64,000 nt of DNA, from positions 121,492-185,491 of IMG/VR virus record IMGVR_UViG_3300026488_000011; one strand, written 5' to 3'. The position numbers and the translations under genes are program-made. Source of the DNA: a virus. Positions 19,127 through 29,616 of this stretch are shown here, piece after piece; positions within the stretch are counted from its first letter, which is position 1; each line of letters starts with the position of its first letter. The notes under the pieces were generated by a model. The model had not been told where the DNA came from. It saw nothing but the letters and a program-made list of their open reading frames with translations, and made no database searches.

Positions 19127-20258
19127 TTTCCTTTCTTCTGTAATCGTTTATTAGGTTTCTCATCTCTTTAGCTACCAACTTAGTTTCTTTTTGTGTCCAC
19201 GTTTTATATAGATTATCGTAGGCTTCTCTTTCTAGTAAGAAATGTCCCCATTGATATGGATTGTCTAAATATCCACCTATAATGAAGGTTTTGAATTTCA
19301 TGTGTTCTGGCCATCTGTTGTATATTTCTTTCTTATAACCAAGGTCTTTAAAAAGTTGTTTGATTCTCAATGGGCTATATTTGAGCAATTCAGTTACTAA
19401 AGATTTTGTAGTCTCTACGTAAAGCTCATTTAGTAATTTCTTATTTTCTATAACATCAATGTCGTTTCTATCTAAAATTGCTGTAGCGTTTTTATTATAT
19501 TCGTCTAATAGATTCTTTACAGATTCTAGGTCTTTTAATAAATCTGGTTTTCCAGAATATTCTGTGTTTAATCTAGATAGAAAGTCATCAGGTATCCAAT
19601 ACTTATCCTCTGTTACTTTTCTCTCGCTTACTGCTACCTGAGTCAGTGCTCCGTGTGTCCTCATCTGCGCAAACACAAAATACGGTACTTCAGCTTCAAT
19701 TATAAAATATGTGGGTACCGACGGGTTATATGGAATGTCTTCTAATTCAAACTCTGCGTTCAGCAGCGTCCTCAGGTTAGTTAATAATAAGTAAGATCTC
19801 TTACCTAATAATTTTTCTAATAACGATATTTCAGAAGTTAAATCATACATGTAAGACCACTTACCTAAGACATTATTAAAATCATCCGGTTTCATAATGA
19901 TTGTACTTTCCTTTAGTCTTATGAAATAGTCCCCTTTTCTAATGTCTACTCTTAGAATCACGGGACAATATTCTAGACTCCTGCCTGCTACTTTTGGTAA
20001 TTTAGCTTCTTTATCTTTCAGAGATAAGTCTTCTAGTTTGTAATAACTAATGTTTGGAGCAGCTTCTCTGGATAGCATTTCAAATAACTTTTTAGGATTT
20101 TTAGATTTCTCTAATCCTCTAGATATAGTAGCAATATTAGCTACCGTGTTTATTCTATTTTCTTCATTGGCATTGATGTTTTTATACTTACATCCAATTC
20201 TATCCTCTACTGTTTTTACATAGCCTCCCGTTATCCATAAATTAGTTTTCATATCCAT
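19107..20258 (-). CDS. thyX: Divergent flavin-dependent thymidylate synthase (ThyX-like)
   Basis: EVPYFVFAQMRTHGALTQVAVSER keeps the H-x-X7-S-x-R spacing of RHR-X7-S-x-R; WGHFLLER...TQKET resembles ThyX HFxxLR...AQxE. Confidence 0.65.
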   Translation of the reverse strand: MDMKTNLWITGGYVKTVEDRIGCKYKNINANEENRINTVANIATISRGLEKSKNPKKLFEMLSREAAPNISYYKLEDLSLKDKEAKLPKVAGRSLEYCPVILRVDIRKGDYFIRLKESTIIMKPDDFNNVLGKWSYMYDLTSEISLLEKLLGKRSYLLLTNLRTLLNAEFELEDIPYNPSVPTYFIIEAEVPYFVFAQMRTHGALTQVAVSERKVTEDKYWIPDDFLSRLNTEYSGKPDLLKDLESVKNLLDEYNKNATAILDRNDIDVIENKKLLNELYVETTKSLVTELLKYSPLRIKQLFKDLGYKKEIYNRWPEHMKFKTFIIGGYLDNPYQWGHFLLEREAYDNLYKTWTQKETKLVAKEMRNLINDYRRKENDGTSC

Positions 20259-20310
20259 TTTCTCTCCTTCAAATTTGTTCTCTACTGAATAAAGCAGGGA
20301 TAAAAAATTA

Positions 20311-20338
20311 TCAGTACTAGGAATATTCCTAGTACTGA
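20311..20338 (-). terminator. 28-bp perfect palindrome / terminator overlapping a stop codon
   Basis: TCAGTACTAGGAAT|ATTCCTAGTACTGA. Confidence 0.75.
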
Positions 20339-20736
20339 GAAATAATTTCTTTTATTTTTTCCATAGCGGCTTGTAGTCCAGTAGCGATATCTTTTAGTTT
20401 CACATTTCTGAATACGTTGTCTGCATCTTTCCAAGGAATAGTCTGTTCATATATTAGAGTATAGGCATCTTTAACGTTCATTCCGCTAGCTAATGCTTCA
20501 TTAAACTTAGCACTAGCTATAGCTAGTACTGAAGACATATAGTTAATGCTGCCTTCATCAGCTTGGAACTTGTATCCTCCTACTTCTACAATAGCAGTAA
20601 TCTTGTGAAATTCTTTTTTCGCTTTACGACCTTTAAGAGGAATAGGTTCTAGTATGCTTTCAACTTCAGCACCATTATTATCCAGTTTTAGTTTATATCT
20701 AAAACCTTTGATTTCTTTTTTTGTAAAATACCCCAT
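20329..20736 (-). CDS. Tail fibre assembly-type protein (DUF4376-like)
   Basis: FQADEGSINYMSSV...WKDADNVFRNVKL; paralogous to 20809..21162. Confidence 0.65.
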   Translation of the reverse strand: MGYFTKKEIKGFRYKLKLDNNGAEVESILEPIPLKGRKAKKEFHKITAIVEVGGYKFQADEGSINYMSSVLAIASAKFNEALASGMNVKDAYTLIYEQTIPWKDADNVFRNVKLKDIATGLQAAMEKIKEIISQY

Positions 20737-20793
20737 TCATTATCCTTTATGACTATGTTGATTATTTAGCAATAATCATTTAATTTTAAAAAG

Positions 20794-20826
20794 AACATAG
20801 TAGGAAAATTAAACTCCTACTATGTT
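20794..20826 (-). terminator. Hairpin overlapping a stop codon
   Basis: AACATAGTAGGA-AAATTAAAC-TCCTACTATGTT. Confidence 0.65.
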
Positions 20827-21162
20827 GGCTATTTCTCCTAATGCTGCTTCTAGGGCTTTGGCTATTTGAGACACCGTTACTTCTCTGATTACATTATCAG
20901 CACATTTCCACTTTAAGCTATAATTTAAGTATTTATCTGCATTATCAGGATCCATTAGTGCTTTGTATTGTGCTAGTGATACTACGCTTGTCATATAGTT
21001 AATACTTTCAGCGTTAGCATCAAAAGGTATATTATCTACAGTAACAATTAACTTTTCTTTAGCTTCTTTTTTAAGAGCCTTAGGTCCTTCTACTGGATCA
21101 GGTTTCCATTTGTAATTTTTTGTTATTAGTAGACCTCTTCTCTTTATCTTCTTTTCTAACAT
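20809..21162 (-). CDS. Tail fibre assembly-type protein (DUF4376-like)
   Basis: FDANAESINYMTSV...WKCADNVIREVTV. Confidence 0.65.
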   Translation of the reverse strand: MLEKKIKRRGLLITKNYKWKPDPVEGPKALKKEAKEKLIVTVDNIPFDANAESINYMTSVVSLAQYKALMDPDNADKYLNYSLKWKCADNVIREVTVSQIAKALEAALGEIANIVGV

Positions 21163-21171
21163 TCATACTCC

Positions 21172-21957
21172 TTATTTTATATATTTAGAGAAAACCTCTT
21201 TTAACGTCTCAGGTGTGGTGTCTGTTCCTAGATTTCTAGCTTCTTTAACGGCATTAATAGCATCCATAGGGTTTCTAGTAAACAGTCTATTCACACCCAC
21301 TCTGAAAACATCTATGAGTACATAGAACTGTCTTAATTTTTCTTGCCAATTCTCACCCAAATAAATTATGAGGGCTATTAGATCGTCTCTAGACATTCCT
21401 TCTATAGCTGCAGCTGCTTCCATAGTTTCTAACGCTAGTTCATTTCCTTCTTTTGCGGCTTTAGCGGTCTCGTATTTAGCCAGGTATCTCTCTATCTGTT
21501 CTTGCGTTAAATCTTCTTTATCTGCTAATATCTCTCTAGCTCTTCGATGTGTATAATCTGCTAAGTTTTGTACTAATTCTAGAAAATATGGTCTTATAAA
21601 ATTCATGAACTCCGGATTGGATAACTGTGCTTTTTCCAGCTGTCTTTCTACTTCTTCATTAAGGAATAATTCAAGACTAGGTCTTACCATACCTTTCTCT
21701 ACTAATTCTTTATATTCTGGTTTTAGGACTATATTTCCTTCATCATCCTGTTCGTAGTGATCTCCAGGAAATACTGGTTCACCATTCTCGATCCCTATGT
21801 ATTCTACATAGTTTTCCGGGTACTTTTCTTTATACTTCATTATTGCATCTTCTACTCTAAAGTTAGTAGAGGCAAAAGCCTCTCTAGCTGTGTTTAGAAA
21901 TTGATCTATGTTTCTATTTTTAACAAGTTCTTTTAATTCAGTAACAGTTCTTAACAT
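21172..21957 (-). CDS. Putative tail fibre assembly chaperone
   Basis: Directly follows the tail fibre gene; helical C-terminus KYETAKAA...LIALII resembles fibre chaperones. Confidence 0.45.
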   Translation of the reverse strand: MLRTVTELKELVKNRNIDQFLNTAREAFASTNFRVEDAIMKYKEKYPENYVEYIGIENGEPVFPGDHYEQDDEGNIVLKPEYKELVEKGMVRPSLELFLNEEVERQLEKAQLSNPEFMNFIRPYFLELVQNLADYTHRRAREILADKEDLTQEQIERYLAKYETAKAAKEGNELALETMEAAAAIEGMSRDDLIALIIYLGENWQEKLRQFYVLIDVFRVGVNRLFTRNPMDAINAVKEARNLGTDTTPETLKEVFSKYIK

Positions 21958-21958
21958 T

Positions 21959-24900
21959 TTAAACTCCTGATTTATTTTTAAAATATGGTAGCTTTATTCT
22001 TTTAATACCATATATAACTTCATCGTTGTTATTATTGTAATCCTTATAGATGTAACTCCCATCATAACGTAAACGATTAATGTCTGGTGTAATATTTTCG
22101 TTCAATTGTTCTCTAAAGAGGTAAGATTGATACAATGTCTCATACCTAAGATCTATGTACGGCAGAAACTTAACGGCGTGTCTAGGTCTACCATATGAAT
22201 CATCAAATTCATGGTGTTCTAGCCAATAGCCAGGCCATCTATTTATCACCTCTACACTCGTCTGATTTCTTTTAATACTAGCACCGAGCCCATATTTTCC
22301 ACCGTCTAATTTAGCATCAACAAGAATTCTGGCTAACGCGCCGAAATGATGATTGTATACGGTACTAGATGAATAAACAACATCGTTTACTCTCTTAATC
22401 TCACCCTCTTGTAGAACAGTTAATGGATCGGCAGTACGACTATAAATTACTACTATCTGTCCTTTCGCTATTAACTCTCTAATATCATCTATTTCTCTAC
22501 TCACGTTCTTAATATAAACTACTGATGAATATGAATGACTAAACCATATATGTTCGTCGTCATCACTTTTTAGTGCCTCAATTATTCTGCCATCTGGTAA
22601 TCTTAATAATATTTGGTGTATACTGTCATAGCCGTAAACAACATGATAAGGCATTTCAAACACTAATTCATCCGAGCTAGTATAAGTTATTAATTTTCTT
22701 AGACTATATGCCTCCGTGTTAGCTTTTAATTCGTTCTCTGCTAAATAGATTTCTTCGCCATTATCATTTACTCTATACCAACGCGACGCATTACTATAAT
22801 CTTCTTTCTCAGGATCTAAATCGATGGTAATATCATCAACTATACTCATGTAGTATTCATCACCTACTTTAACCAAATCATTGATTTTTATAGTTACAGT
22901 GTTACTAACACCACTGATTGCTTCATAATCATACGTCTCCTTAAAGCTTGTTAAATTACCTAATAATAGAGCAGTAGTAACTCTTTTATTATAGCCAGTA
23001 GCATCTGTATAATTTGGAATAGGGATCCTTACATGGTAAGCATTTTCAGGAGCCGGTTCTTTTAATATTAGTTCACTTACTGTACCCCTTGCCATGTTAG
23101 CGCATTGTAATTTAGTAAAGCCTAGATAGTTTCCATTTATATCGTAAAAATAGACGGGCTTATTAATATTACTTCCAAACACCGGAAACATATCGTTTAT
23201 TCTATCATTTTCAAGTCTGACAGATCTTGTTCCCAGTTTAACTTTTCTACGACTACTATCTAAATCTACTTTTACCTTAATGTAATCAGAAGGTGTTTCA
23301 TATCCATTTATATTACCATCAGCATGTAGTCTTAATGTTTTAGTCATTATTTCTTCTAGAGTCCTATTTCTACCATCACGTCTTAAGTCCACTATATCTA
23401 TTTCACCAGCACCATCTAACGGCATATTATCTGGTCTTAAAATTGTAGATTTTGTTTCACCAGTCCTGTACCAACCTGTCTTATCGTCTAAACCTAAATA
23501 ATTTGTTTCTGATATAGATTCTCCAGTATCAGGTTTATAATAAGCAACATGATCGGAATTAAAGCAATCTGCTAATCTTTTTATCTTATCGAAGTAACCA
23601 GATAATGATAACGCCTTACCGTTTTCTATATAAGACGCAGTACCGTTAGGATTATGAACAGGATGGTATATACCATTGTTTCTTCTCTGTATTAGAAATA
23701 AAGGAACAGCATGCGTGTCATTATGTCTAGATTTAAAACTACCTGGGTAAAATGATGAAAGATAAACCCCTGTTGATGGGAAGAACGAATCACCTGTCCA
23801 TTTTGTAATATCGTTATCTATATGAGATTTTTCGCCTTTTGGCTTAACATGGTAATATTTATCTGCAAATACAGATAACGGTCCATTATACGCACTTCCT
23901 TCTACTAATGCATCTACTTTCTTAAAGAAGTTACTAACGCCTTTGATTACTCTTATTCTGTATCTAACTTGTTTTAATATACCGTTCTCATCTTTGAAGA
24001 TATTATTTTCTGGATCGCTAATGAATTTGTTTTTTTCTTCATTTGTTAAATAGCTCCATCTATAGCCATATCCTATTAACTCTCCAGAATTTTGCCAATT
24101 TCCAAATAACGAATATTCTTCATATCCTTCAAACCAGTTAGGTTGTACTAGCTTACCGTTATCAAGGATATCTTTACCATACCATTGTACATTTCCTAAA
24201 CGATATACTACATCTTTTTTATCTATGTCTTCGGTCCATACTTCGAGGAAGACTAAATCTTTTCTAGCATTACCATACATGCTTCTTATTAATGCAGTAG
24301 GTCCTCTGGATGGGTCACACATATCAGAATTTACTGATAAGTCATCACCATTGTTTACTACCAGAACATCCTCCAATACTGTTAACCTAGGATTAGTGAA
24401 TTTTACATCTCCTAATGGTTTTTCTGAACTTAATGTATGGACTTGGAATTGTATTATTTCCACATAATTAGTAGCTACGAATTCTACTATCAATTTACCA
24501 TTTGGACCTTCTGTAGCTTTTGGTCTAGTATAATACTCTCCGTTCCTACCACTACTACCTAACCAGACGTATGCCTCATAATTATCAGAATCCATAAAAT
24601 CTACATCTATTTCTACTCTGTATTTAACTCCAGGCATAATACTAACTTTTTGATAAAACCCATGATACATATCCGCATCTTTGACTATTATTGATCCATC
24701 GGTTACTTCTAAAGTGGTACCGGTATATGGTATCCAATTTGTACCTAATTCTTCTTCAAAAGCAGGGTCTTTGAATAAGTTAACACCGTCAGCTTTTACC
24801 AGCACTACATCTCCGTGGTTAATATCTGCTTCTATGTTTCTGAGGTCTGATATTATCTTATCCACACTAACCGCATCAGGAAGTTTTATTCCGAATGTGT

Positions 24901-25405
24901 TTCCATTCCAGGTGTCGTCACCTTTTAAATTCTCATAATTACCACCTGTACCATATAACCTAATAATATGTCCGTCAACGTTAAATTTAGGATTATATCT
25001 TCTAGTATTAAAATGTTCTTCGTGTAATGGAAACGCTAATGAGTTTTTTAAATACCTATCAGAAGGATAGCTTTTGGTATGTATAAATGTTTTAGACCCA
25101 TACGCGTCTTCTTTTAGAAAATTAGTGAAGTCACTTTCTTCATCTATCTGACCTGTACCAGCATATATCTTTTTTCTATCTTCTCTGAGATGATCATATT
25201 CTGTTTTCGACATAGCTTTTACTGTAACTTCTGATAGTTCTTCTTTTATCTTAGCTATATTTGGTAAGGTATACTCCATAACGTTACCCAGTTTGTCTTT
25301 AACAAGCCATCTAATATCTTTTTTCTCTCTAGTGTCTAATAAATCTTGTAAAGTTTCTGAGATATTGATTATGTTCTCTGAAATTATTTTCCAAGGCAAT
25401 CCCAT
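21959..25405 (-). CDS. Tail fibre / receptor-binding protein with LPW N-terminal module and a carbohydrate-binding-like domain
   Basis: N-terminus GLPWKIISENIINIS; CBM-like LFKDPAFEEELGTNW; RKDLVFLEVW...LGNVQW and QRRNNGIYHPVHNPNG fibre motifs. Confidence 0.7.
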   Translation of the reverse strand: MGLPWKIISENIINISETLQDLLDTREKKDIRWLVKDKLGNVMEYTLPNIAKIKEELSEVTVKAMSKTEYDHLREDRKKIYAGTGQIDEESDFTNFLKEDAYGSKTFIHTKSYPSDRYLKNSLAFPLHEEHFNTRRYNPKFNVDGHIIRLYGTGGNYENLKGDDTWNGNTFGIKLPDAVSVDKIISDLRNIEADINHGDVVLVKADGVNLFKDPAFEEELGTNWIPYTGTTLEVTDGSIIVKDADMYHGFYQKVSIMPGVKYRVEIDVDFMDSDNYEAYVWLGSSGRNGEYYTRPKATEGPNGKLIVEFVATNYVEIIQFQVHTLSSEKPLGDVKFTNPRLTVLEDVLVVNNGDDLSVNSDMCDPSRGPTALIRSMYGNARKDLVFLEVWTEDIDKKDVVYRLGNVQWYGKDILDNGKLVQPNWFEGYEEYSLFGNWQNSGELIGYGYRWSYLTNEEKNKFISDPENNIFKDENGILKQVRYRIRVIKGVSNFFKKVDALVEGSAYNGPLSVFADKYYHVKPKGEKSHIDNDITKWTGDSFFPSTGVYLSSFYPGSFKSRHNDTHAVPLFLIQRRNNGIYHPVHNPNGTASYIENGKALSLSGYFDKIKRLADCFNSDHVAYYKPDTGESISETNYLGLDDKTGWYRTGETKSTILRPDNMPLDGAGEIDIVDLRRDGRNRTLEEIMTKTLRLHADGNINGYETPSDYIKVKVDLDSSRRKVKLGTRSVRLENDRINDMFPVFGSNINKPVYFYDINGNYLGFTKLQCANMARGTVSELILKEPAPENAYHVRIPIPNYTDATGYNKRVTTALLLGNLTSFKETYDYEAISGVSNTVTIKINDLVKVGDEYYMSIVDDITIDLDPEKEDYSNASRWYRVNDNGEEIYLAENELKANTEAYSLRKLITYTSSDELVFEMPYHVVYGYDSIHQILLRLPDGRIIEALKSDDDEHIWFSHSYSSVVYIKNVSREIDDIRELIAKGQIVVIYSRTADPLTVLQEGEIKRVNDVVYSSSTVYNHHFGALARILVDAKLDGGKYGLGASIKRNQTSVEVINRWPGYWLEHHEFDDSYGRPRHAVKFLPYIDLRYETLYQSYLFREQLNENITPDINRLRYDGSYIYKDYNNNNDEVIYGIKRIKLPYFKNKSGV

Positions 25406-25505
25406 TTTTTCTCCTTTATTATAATTATGTACCTATATACTCCAGTTTTGGTAAAATTAGTAAAATAAGTGGTTTAGGATGTATCATGGAATTTAGTTAT
25501 TAATG

Positions 25506-25539
25506 TCATAGACACGTCGATGGATCGACGTGTCTATGA
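25506..25539 (-). terminator. 16-bp-stem hairpin overlapping a stop codon
   Basis: TCATAGACACGTCGAT-GG-ATCGACGTGTCTATGA. Confidence 0.75.
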
Positions 25540-28419
25540 TTGTTTCCTTGTTACATTGCTTACAAATGGTTCTATAATCTCTACTTCAGGTTCTTCTATA
25601 ACTAGACCTCGTTGTACTGCCCTATATCCAGCAGGGTCAGTAAAATCTTTAAACGTAACTTCAACAGCGTCTACTGTTTCATCAGAGCTCGCTGGGGTTA
25701 CTTTAACAGGTTTATAATCCAAAGGAAGTAAGGATATACTGTCATTCAGTATTTCTATCTTAGTAATAGCGCTGGTGACTGATTTTGATAACTCTAGTAC
25801 CTGTTTACCTTCTGTAAATAAAGCTCTCACTTCTTCTTCAGTAAGTGCTCTATTAAAAATTCTTACTTGGTCCACAGTTCCGTGTGTGAGTCCGTCTGCA
25901 TCATAGGTAGATTTACCTATAAATGATTTATCAGTTATCGAAGGCGTGCTTTCATCCAAAGATCTCGTTGTTATAGGTAACTTCTTGCCATCTAACCAGA
26001 GACCGTATTTTTCACCATCATATGTCAGAACTAGATGGTATATTCTATTAGCCTCTAGAGTTACTTTAAAGTCGGTCTTATCATCTATTATTCCGGTACC
26101 AGAATAATCATCATTTTTCCTATGGTGTATACCTAGATAGTTAGTATCCGCAGCATGTCCAATAAGTAAATGAGCTCCGAAATCTATTACTCTAGACCAA
26201 AAATCATCAAATTTTTCGAACATAAAGAATGTGCTGATTGTAAAAGGATTTGAACCAGCAAAATTTGATGGATCAATAGGTATTTCTATATAACTCTCTC
26301 CGTCAAACTTAGCTGCTAGGCCACTAAAAACACCTACGTCATATTGTTCATTACCATTCCATGTACCGTTATAATTATTGTTAAGATCATCAGCAGTTTC
26401 ATTATCGAATGTATATGTAGCTATATTTGTTCCATCTCCAAGTAAGTCTGCTGTCCTAGCAGTATCTTCTACTTCCACATCTATTACATCCACTACTTCA
26501 TCATCTAGCAATACCTTAATATTATTGCCTGGTTTAGGATTTTCCATTACCGTTACTTTAGTATCATCTACATTTATTACTTCTAATGTTCTTTTATACG
26601 GTAGATATATTTGTTTAGGTAAAGCCGTTAAATTCAAAGATGTTGTGTCTAGAATGTTTCTTTGTTCGTGATATAATCTATATGCTTCGTCTTCCGTTAT
26701 TGGTCTAGTAAATACACGTACCTGATCGACAAGACCACTAAAATAAAATCTATCTCCTTCTTCTTGTCTACCGATATTCGTATTATAATTTGCTACTTCA
26801 TATCCAGCTTCGATACTGTCTATAAGTTTTCCGTTATACCACATTTTTAAATTTGTTCCATCATAGCTCATTATGACGTGATTCCATTTGTTAGGAATAT
26901 TTTCTACGCTTATCCAATTTCTATTTCCTCCTTTAGCGACAGCACAAGCGATGGTATTTTCTCCAAAGGATCTTATTGAAAATCCGGAATCACCTCCATC
27001 GGACTGATCAAATATAGCAGATTCTGAGTTTATTATATCGTCCACAAAATACCATAAACTAATAGTAAAATTATCGCCTAAGAGGTTTCCTAAGTTTTCT
27101 AAGCGTATATAACTATGTGTAAATTTAGCGGCTAAACCATCGAAAACTCCTGCCTCATATTGTTCGTCACCAGTCCATGTACCATTGTGTCTACTACTCA
27201 GGTCGTTAGCAGTTCGGTCATCAAACGTATAAGTAGCTAAACAACTATCGTCCTTAAATAAATCTAGAACGTTCGTAGTATATACTTTGTCCATTATTTT
27301 AGGTTTTATCAAGTCGCCGTCTATATTTACTACAGGTTCGGATTCTAAGTCTTCAAATACTGCTAATCTATTTTTAGTCAGATCTGTGTTTTCTAAATCT
27401 ATTTTCAAATATCTTCTTAATTTGTTTAGTTCTGTATTATTATCATAACCAGTGCCTAATGTCATATATACATCGGTACCTAAAAATGCTTTATTAACAT
27501 TTGAAATAAAGTTAAGACCACTGACATCAAGCTTTTTAGATTGCTCTGCATAGAGTATTTTTACCTCGTCCTCTGTGAGTGGTCTGTTAAAGATACGTAC
27601 TTGATCGATAAGACCTACTAGTTTATCATTATTACCAGTCCAGCCTATGTAGATATTGTAGTCCTCAGTACCTTCTTGTCCTAAATCACTACTACCTATT
27701 CTGACTCCATTTATATATAGTGTTTGTCTTCCGTCTTCGTATATACCACATATATGTGTCCAATCAGTAATAATATCATTAATTCCAGTATATTTTACAC
27801 AGTAATAATCAGCGCCCCCAGATGATACTAGTTCTAGTCTGTTTTCTGATTTATACCAGAATAAAGACAACGAACTTCTATTATCGGCATTACGATATCC
27901 GAAAAATTCTACATGGTCGTTATTGACACTAGGATCTGCTTTTATCCATAATGAAAACGATTTATTGTTTACAAGCTCATAAGTTTTATAACCAGTATCA
28001 ATATAGCTTTCACCATCGAATTTAGCAGCTTGTCCATATTTACCTGCATCATATTGTTCATTACCATTCCATACACCATTATAATTACCGCTTAAGTCAT
28101 TTGCGTTGCCATCAAACGGATAAGTAATTATACAACTCTTATCTTTAAATACGTCTAAGATAGAGGGTGTATTGAGTTTAACAGTCTTATCATTTACATT
28201 TTCTAATAGACGTCCTTCGCTATTGCTTACTAAGAATAGTTTATTAGGTAACTCTAAATCTTTATCAAAATACACAGCATCTTTAGTTGTAGTCAGTAAT
28301 GGTATCTCTTTTGGTCTAATGTTTACTTTATTGTCTCTTAAACTTATCCAATCAGACTGATCTAATTCCTGTGTTACAGGCTTTTCAATCCACTGAGAGA
28401 ATTTTTTTAAACTTCTCAT
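25534..28419 (-). CDS. Virion receptor-binding protein with three LamG/concanavalin-A-like domains
   Basis: Three repeats of TY.FD..A.DL....NG.W.G.EQY..G.F.G.AAKF ... DQVRIFNR.LT..EV..L. Confidence 0.8.
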   Translation of the reverse strand: MRSLKKFSQWIEKPVTQELDQSDWISLRDNKVNIRPKEIPLLTTTKDAVYFDKDLELPNKLFLVSNSEGRLLENVNDKTVKLNTPSILDVFKDKSCIITYPFDGNANDLSGNYNGVWNGNEQYDAGKYGQAAKFDGESYIDTGYKTYELVNNKSFSLWIKADPSVNNDHVEFFGYRNADNRSSLSLFWYKSENRLELVSSGGADYYCVKYTGINDIITDWTHICGIYEDGRQTLYINGVRIGSSDLGQEGTEDYNIYIGWTGNNDKLVGLIDQVRIFNRPLTEDEVKILYAEQSKKLDVSGLNFISNVNKAFLGTDVYMTLGTGYDNNTELNKLRRYLKIDLENTDLTKNRLAVFEDLESEPVVNIDGDLIKPKIMDKVYTTNVLDLFKDDSCLATYTFDDRTANDLSSRHNGTWTGDEQYEAGVFDGLAAKFTHSYIRLENLGNLLGDNFTISLWYFVDDIINSESAIFDQSDGGDSGFSIRSFGENTIACAVAKGGNRNWISVENIPNKWNHVIMSYDGTNLKMWYNGKLIDSIEAGYEVANYNTNIGRQEEGDRFYFSGLVDQVRVFTRPITEDEAYRLYHEQRNILDTTSLNLTALPKQIYLPYKRTLEVINVDDTKVTVMENPKPGNNIKVLLDDEVVDVIDVEVEDTARTADLLGDGTNIATYTFDNETADDLNNNYNGTWNGNEQYDVGVFSGLAAKFDGESYIEIPIDPSNFAGSNPFTISTFFMFEKFDDFWSRVIDFGAHLLIGHAADTNYLGIHHRKNDDYSGTGIIDDKTDFKVTLEANRIYHLVLTYDGEKYGLWLDGKKLPITTRSLDESTPSITDKSFIGKSTYDADGLTHGTVDQVRIFNRALTEEEVRALFTEGKQVLELSKSVTSAITKIEILNDSISLLPLDYKPVKVTPASSDETVDAVEVTFKDFTDPAGYRAVQRGLVIEEPEVEIIEPFVSNVTRKQS

Positions 28420-28433
28420 ATATCACTCCTTTA

Positions 28434-29285
28434 TTATGCTATACCGTCAGTTTCCGCAGTATTGTCCGGAATGTTTGAATCTATTATTTGCTGGTCAGCT
28501 TCTTCATTAACGTTTACTATCGTTATGTTTAACACAGCAGGACTACTGGATAATTTACCAGGCGCGCTAGCGGTTACAGTAATTCTATCCGTACTATCTG
28601 CTTCTACTATAGGTGCATTATATATAAAGTAATCACTCCCTGGATTATAATTTATCTTACCGCTCAGTACGTTGATCTCATATATATTATCACTGTCGAA
28701 GTTAGCGATAGTATATTTCTCACTAGTATTTTCTACCGCCGTTGCGGGTCCGCTTATAACTGGTGTTTCTGTAATATACTCTCTAATTGCTCCGTCTACT
28801 AATTCCCACTTAGCAATAGAGCCACCTTCATCGTCTTCAATTACTTTGGTAACTACATAGAGTTTTCTTTCTGAGTAATCTATATATAACGTACCTACCT
28901 CAGCTGTCAATTTTTCATCGGGTGGAGTAGATCCAGCTAAAACAGAAAGATCATTGCTCTTATCAGTACTAGGTAAGATATCTAACCAATTACTACCATC
29001 GAAATAGACCAATCTTTTCTTTCCTAAATCTAAATAATAATCCCCTGGTGCGATTGGAGCAGAGTCAGGTCTAGTTTCAGGAGGAGTATCGTAAGCACCT
29101 AAGTATCGTCTATTAAATATATTCACTATCTTACTTAAATTAGGTATTTCTTTTTCTGTAACGTTACCTAATTGGTCTCTTGTTATCCATAGTATGTCTT
29201 TATCATGTACGGGATCTAGGAAATCATTTAGTACCTTACTAATATTGATTATATTTTCGGATATTGTCCTCCATGGTAATGCCAT
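28434..29285 (-). CDS. LPW-module fibre adaptor protein
   Basis: MALPWRTISENIINISKVLND...; GDYYLD..K...YFDG..W; C-terminal Ig-like TETPVISGP segment. Confidence 0.7.
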   Translation of the reverse strand: MALPWRTISENIINISKVLNDFLDPVHDKDILWITRDQLGNVTEKEIPNLSKIVNIFNRRYLGAYDTPPETRPDSAPIAPGDYYLDLGKKRLVYFDGSNWLDILPSTDKSNDLSVLAGSTPPDEKLTAEVGTLYIDYSERKLYVVTKVIEDDEGGSIAKWELVDGAIREYITETPVISGPATAVENTSEKYTIANFDSDNIYEINVLSGKINYNPGSDYFIYNAPIVEADSTDRITVTASAPGKLSSSPAVLNITIVNVNEEADQQIIDSNIPDNTAETDGIA

Positions 29286-29286
29286 T

Positions 29287-29616
29287 TTATTCTCCTTTAC
29301 TCTGTTTATGAACTGTTCCTGAAGTAAGTATTCTTATTTCCTGTTTTCTTGCCTCTAGTACCTTATCAATTAACTTTAACATAAAATCTGCTAAACCTAT
29401 GTTTCTTAATGTTCTCTCTAAGAACCAAAATACCACTACTACTGATGTTAGGAAAAACATATATTCCATATCTTTATCAGTAAACTCGTTTCTGTGGAAA
29501 ATCATGTATATGAAAGTAGTTAACAATCCTATCGTAATAATAGGTCTCATAAAACCTTTTATTACTAAGAACCATTTAGGTTCATGTATTTCAGTATGGA
29601 ACGTCTGTTGTGTCAT
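29287..29616 (-). CDS. Holin-like membrane protein (3TM/GTA-holin-like)
   Basis: MRPIIT...two TM segments...VVVFWFLERTLR. Confidence 0.5.
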   Translation of the reverse strand: MTQQTFHTEIHEPKWFLVIKGFMRPIITIGLLTTFIYMIFHRNEFTDKDMEYMFFLTSVVVVFWFLERTLRNIGLADFMLKLIDKVLEARKQEIRILTSGTVHKQSKGE

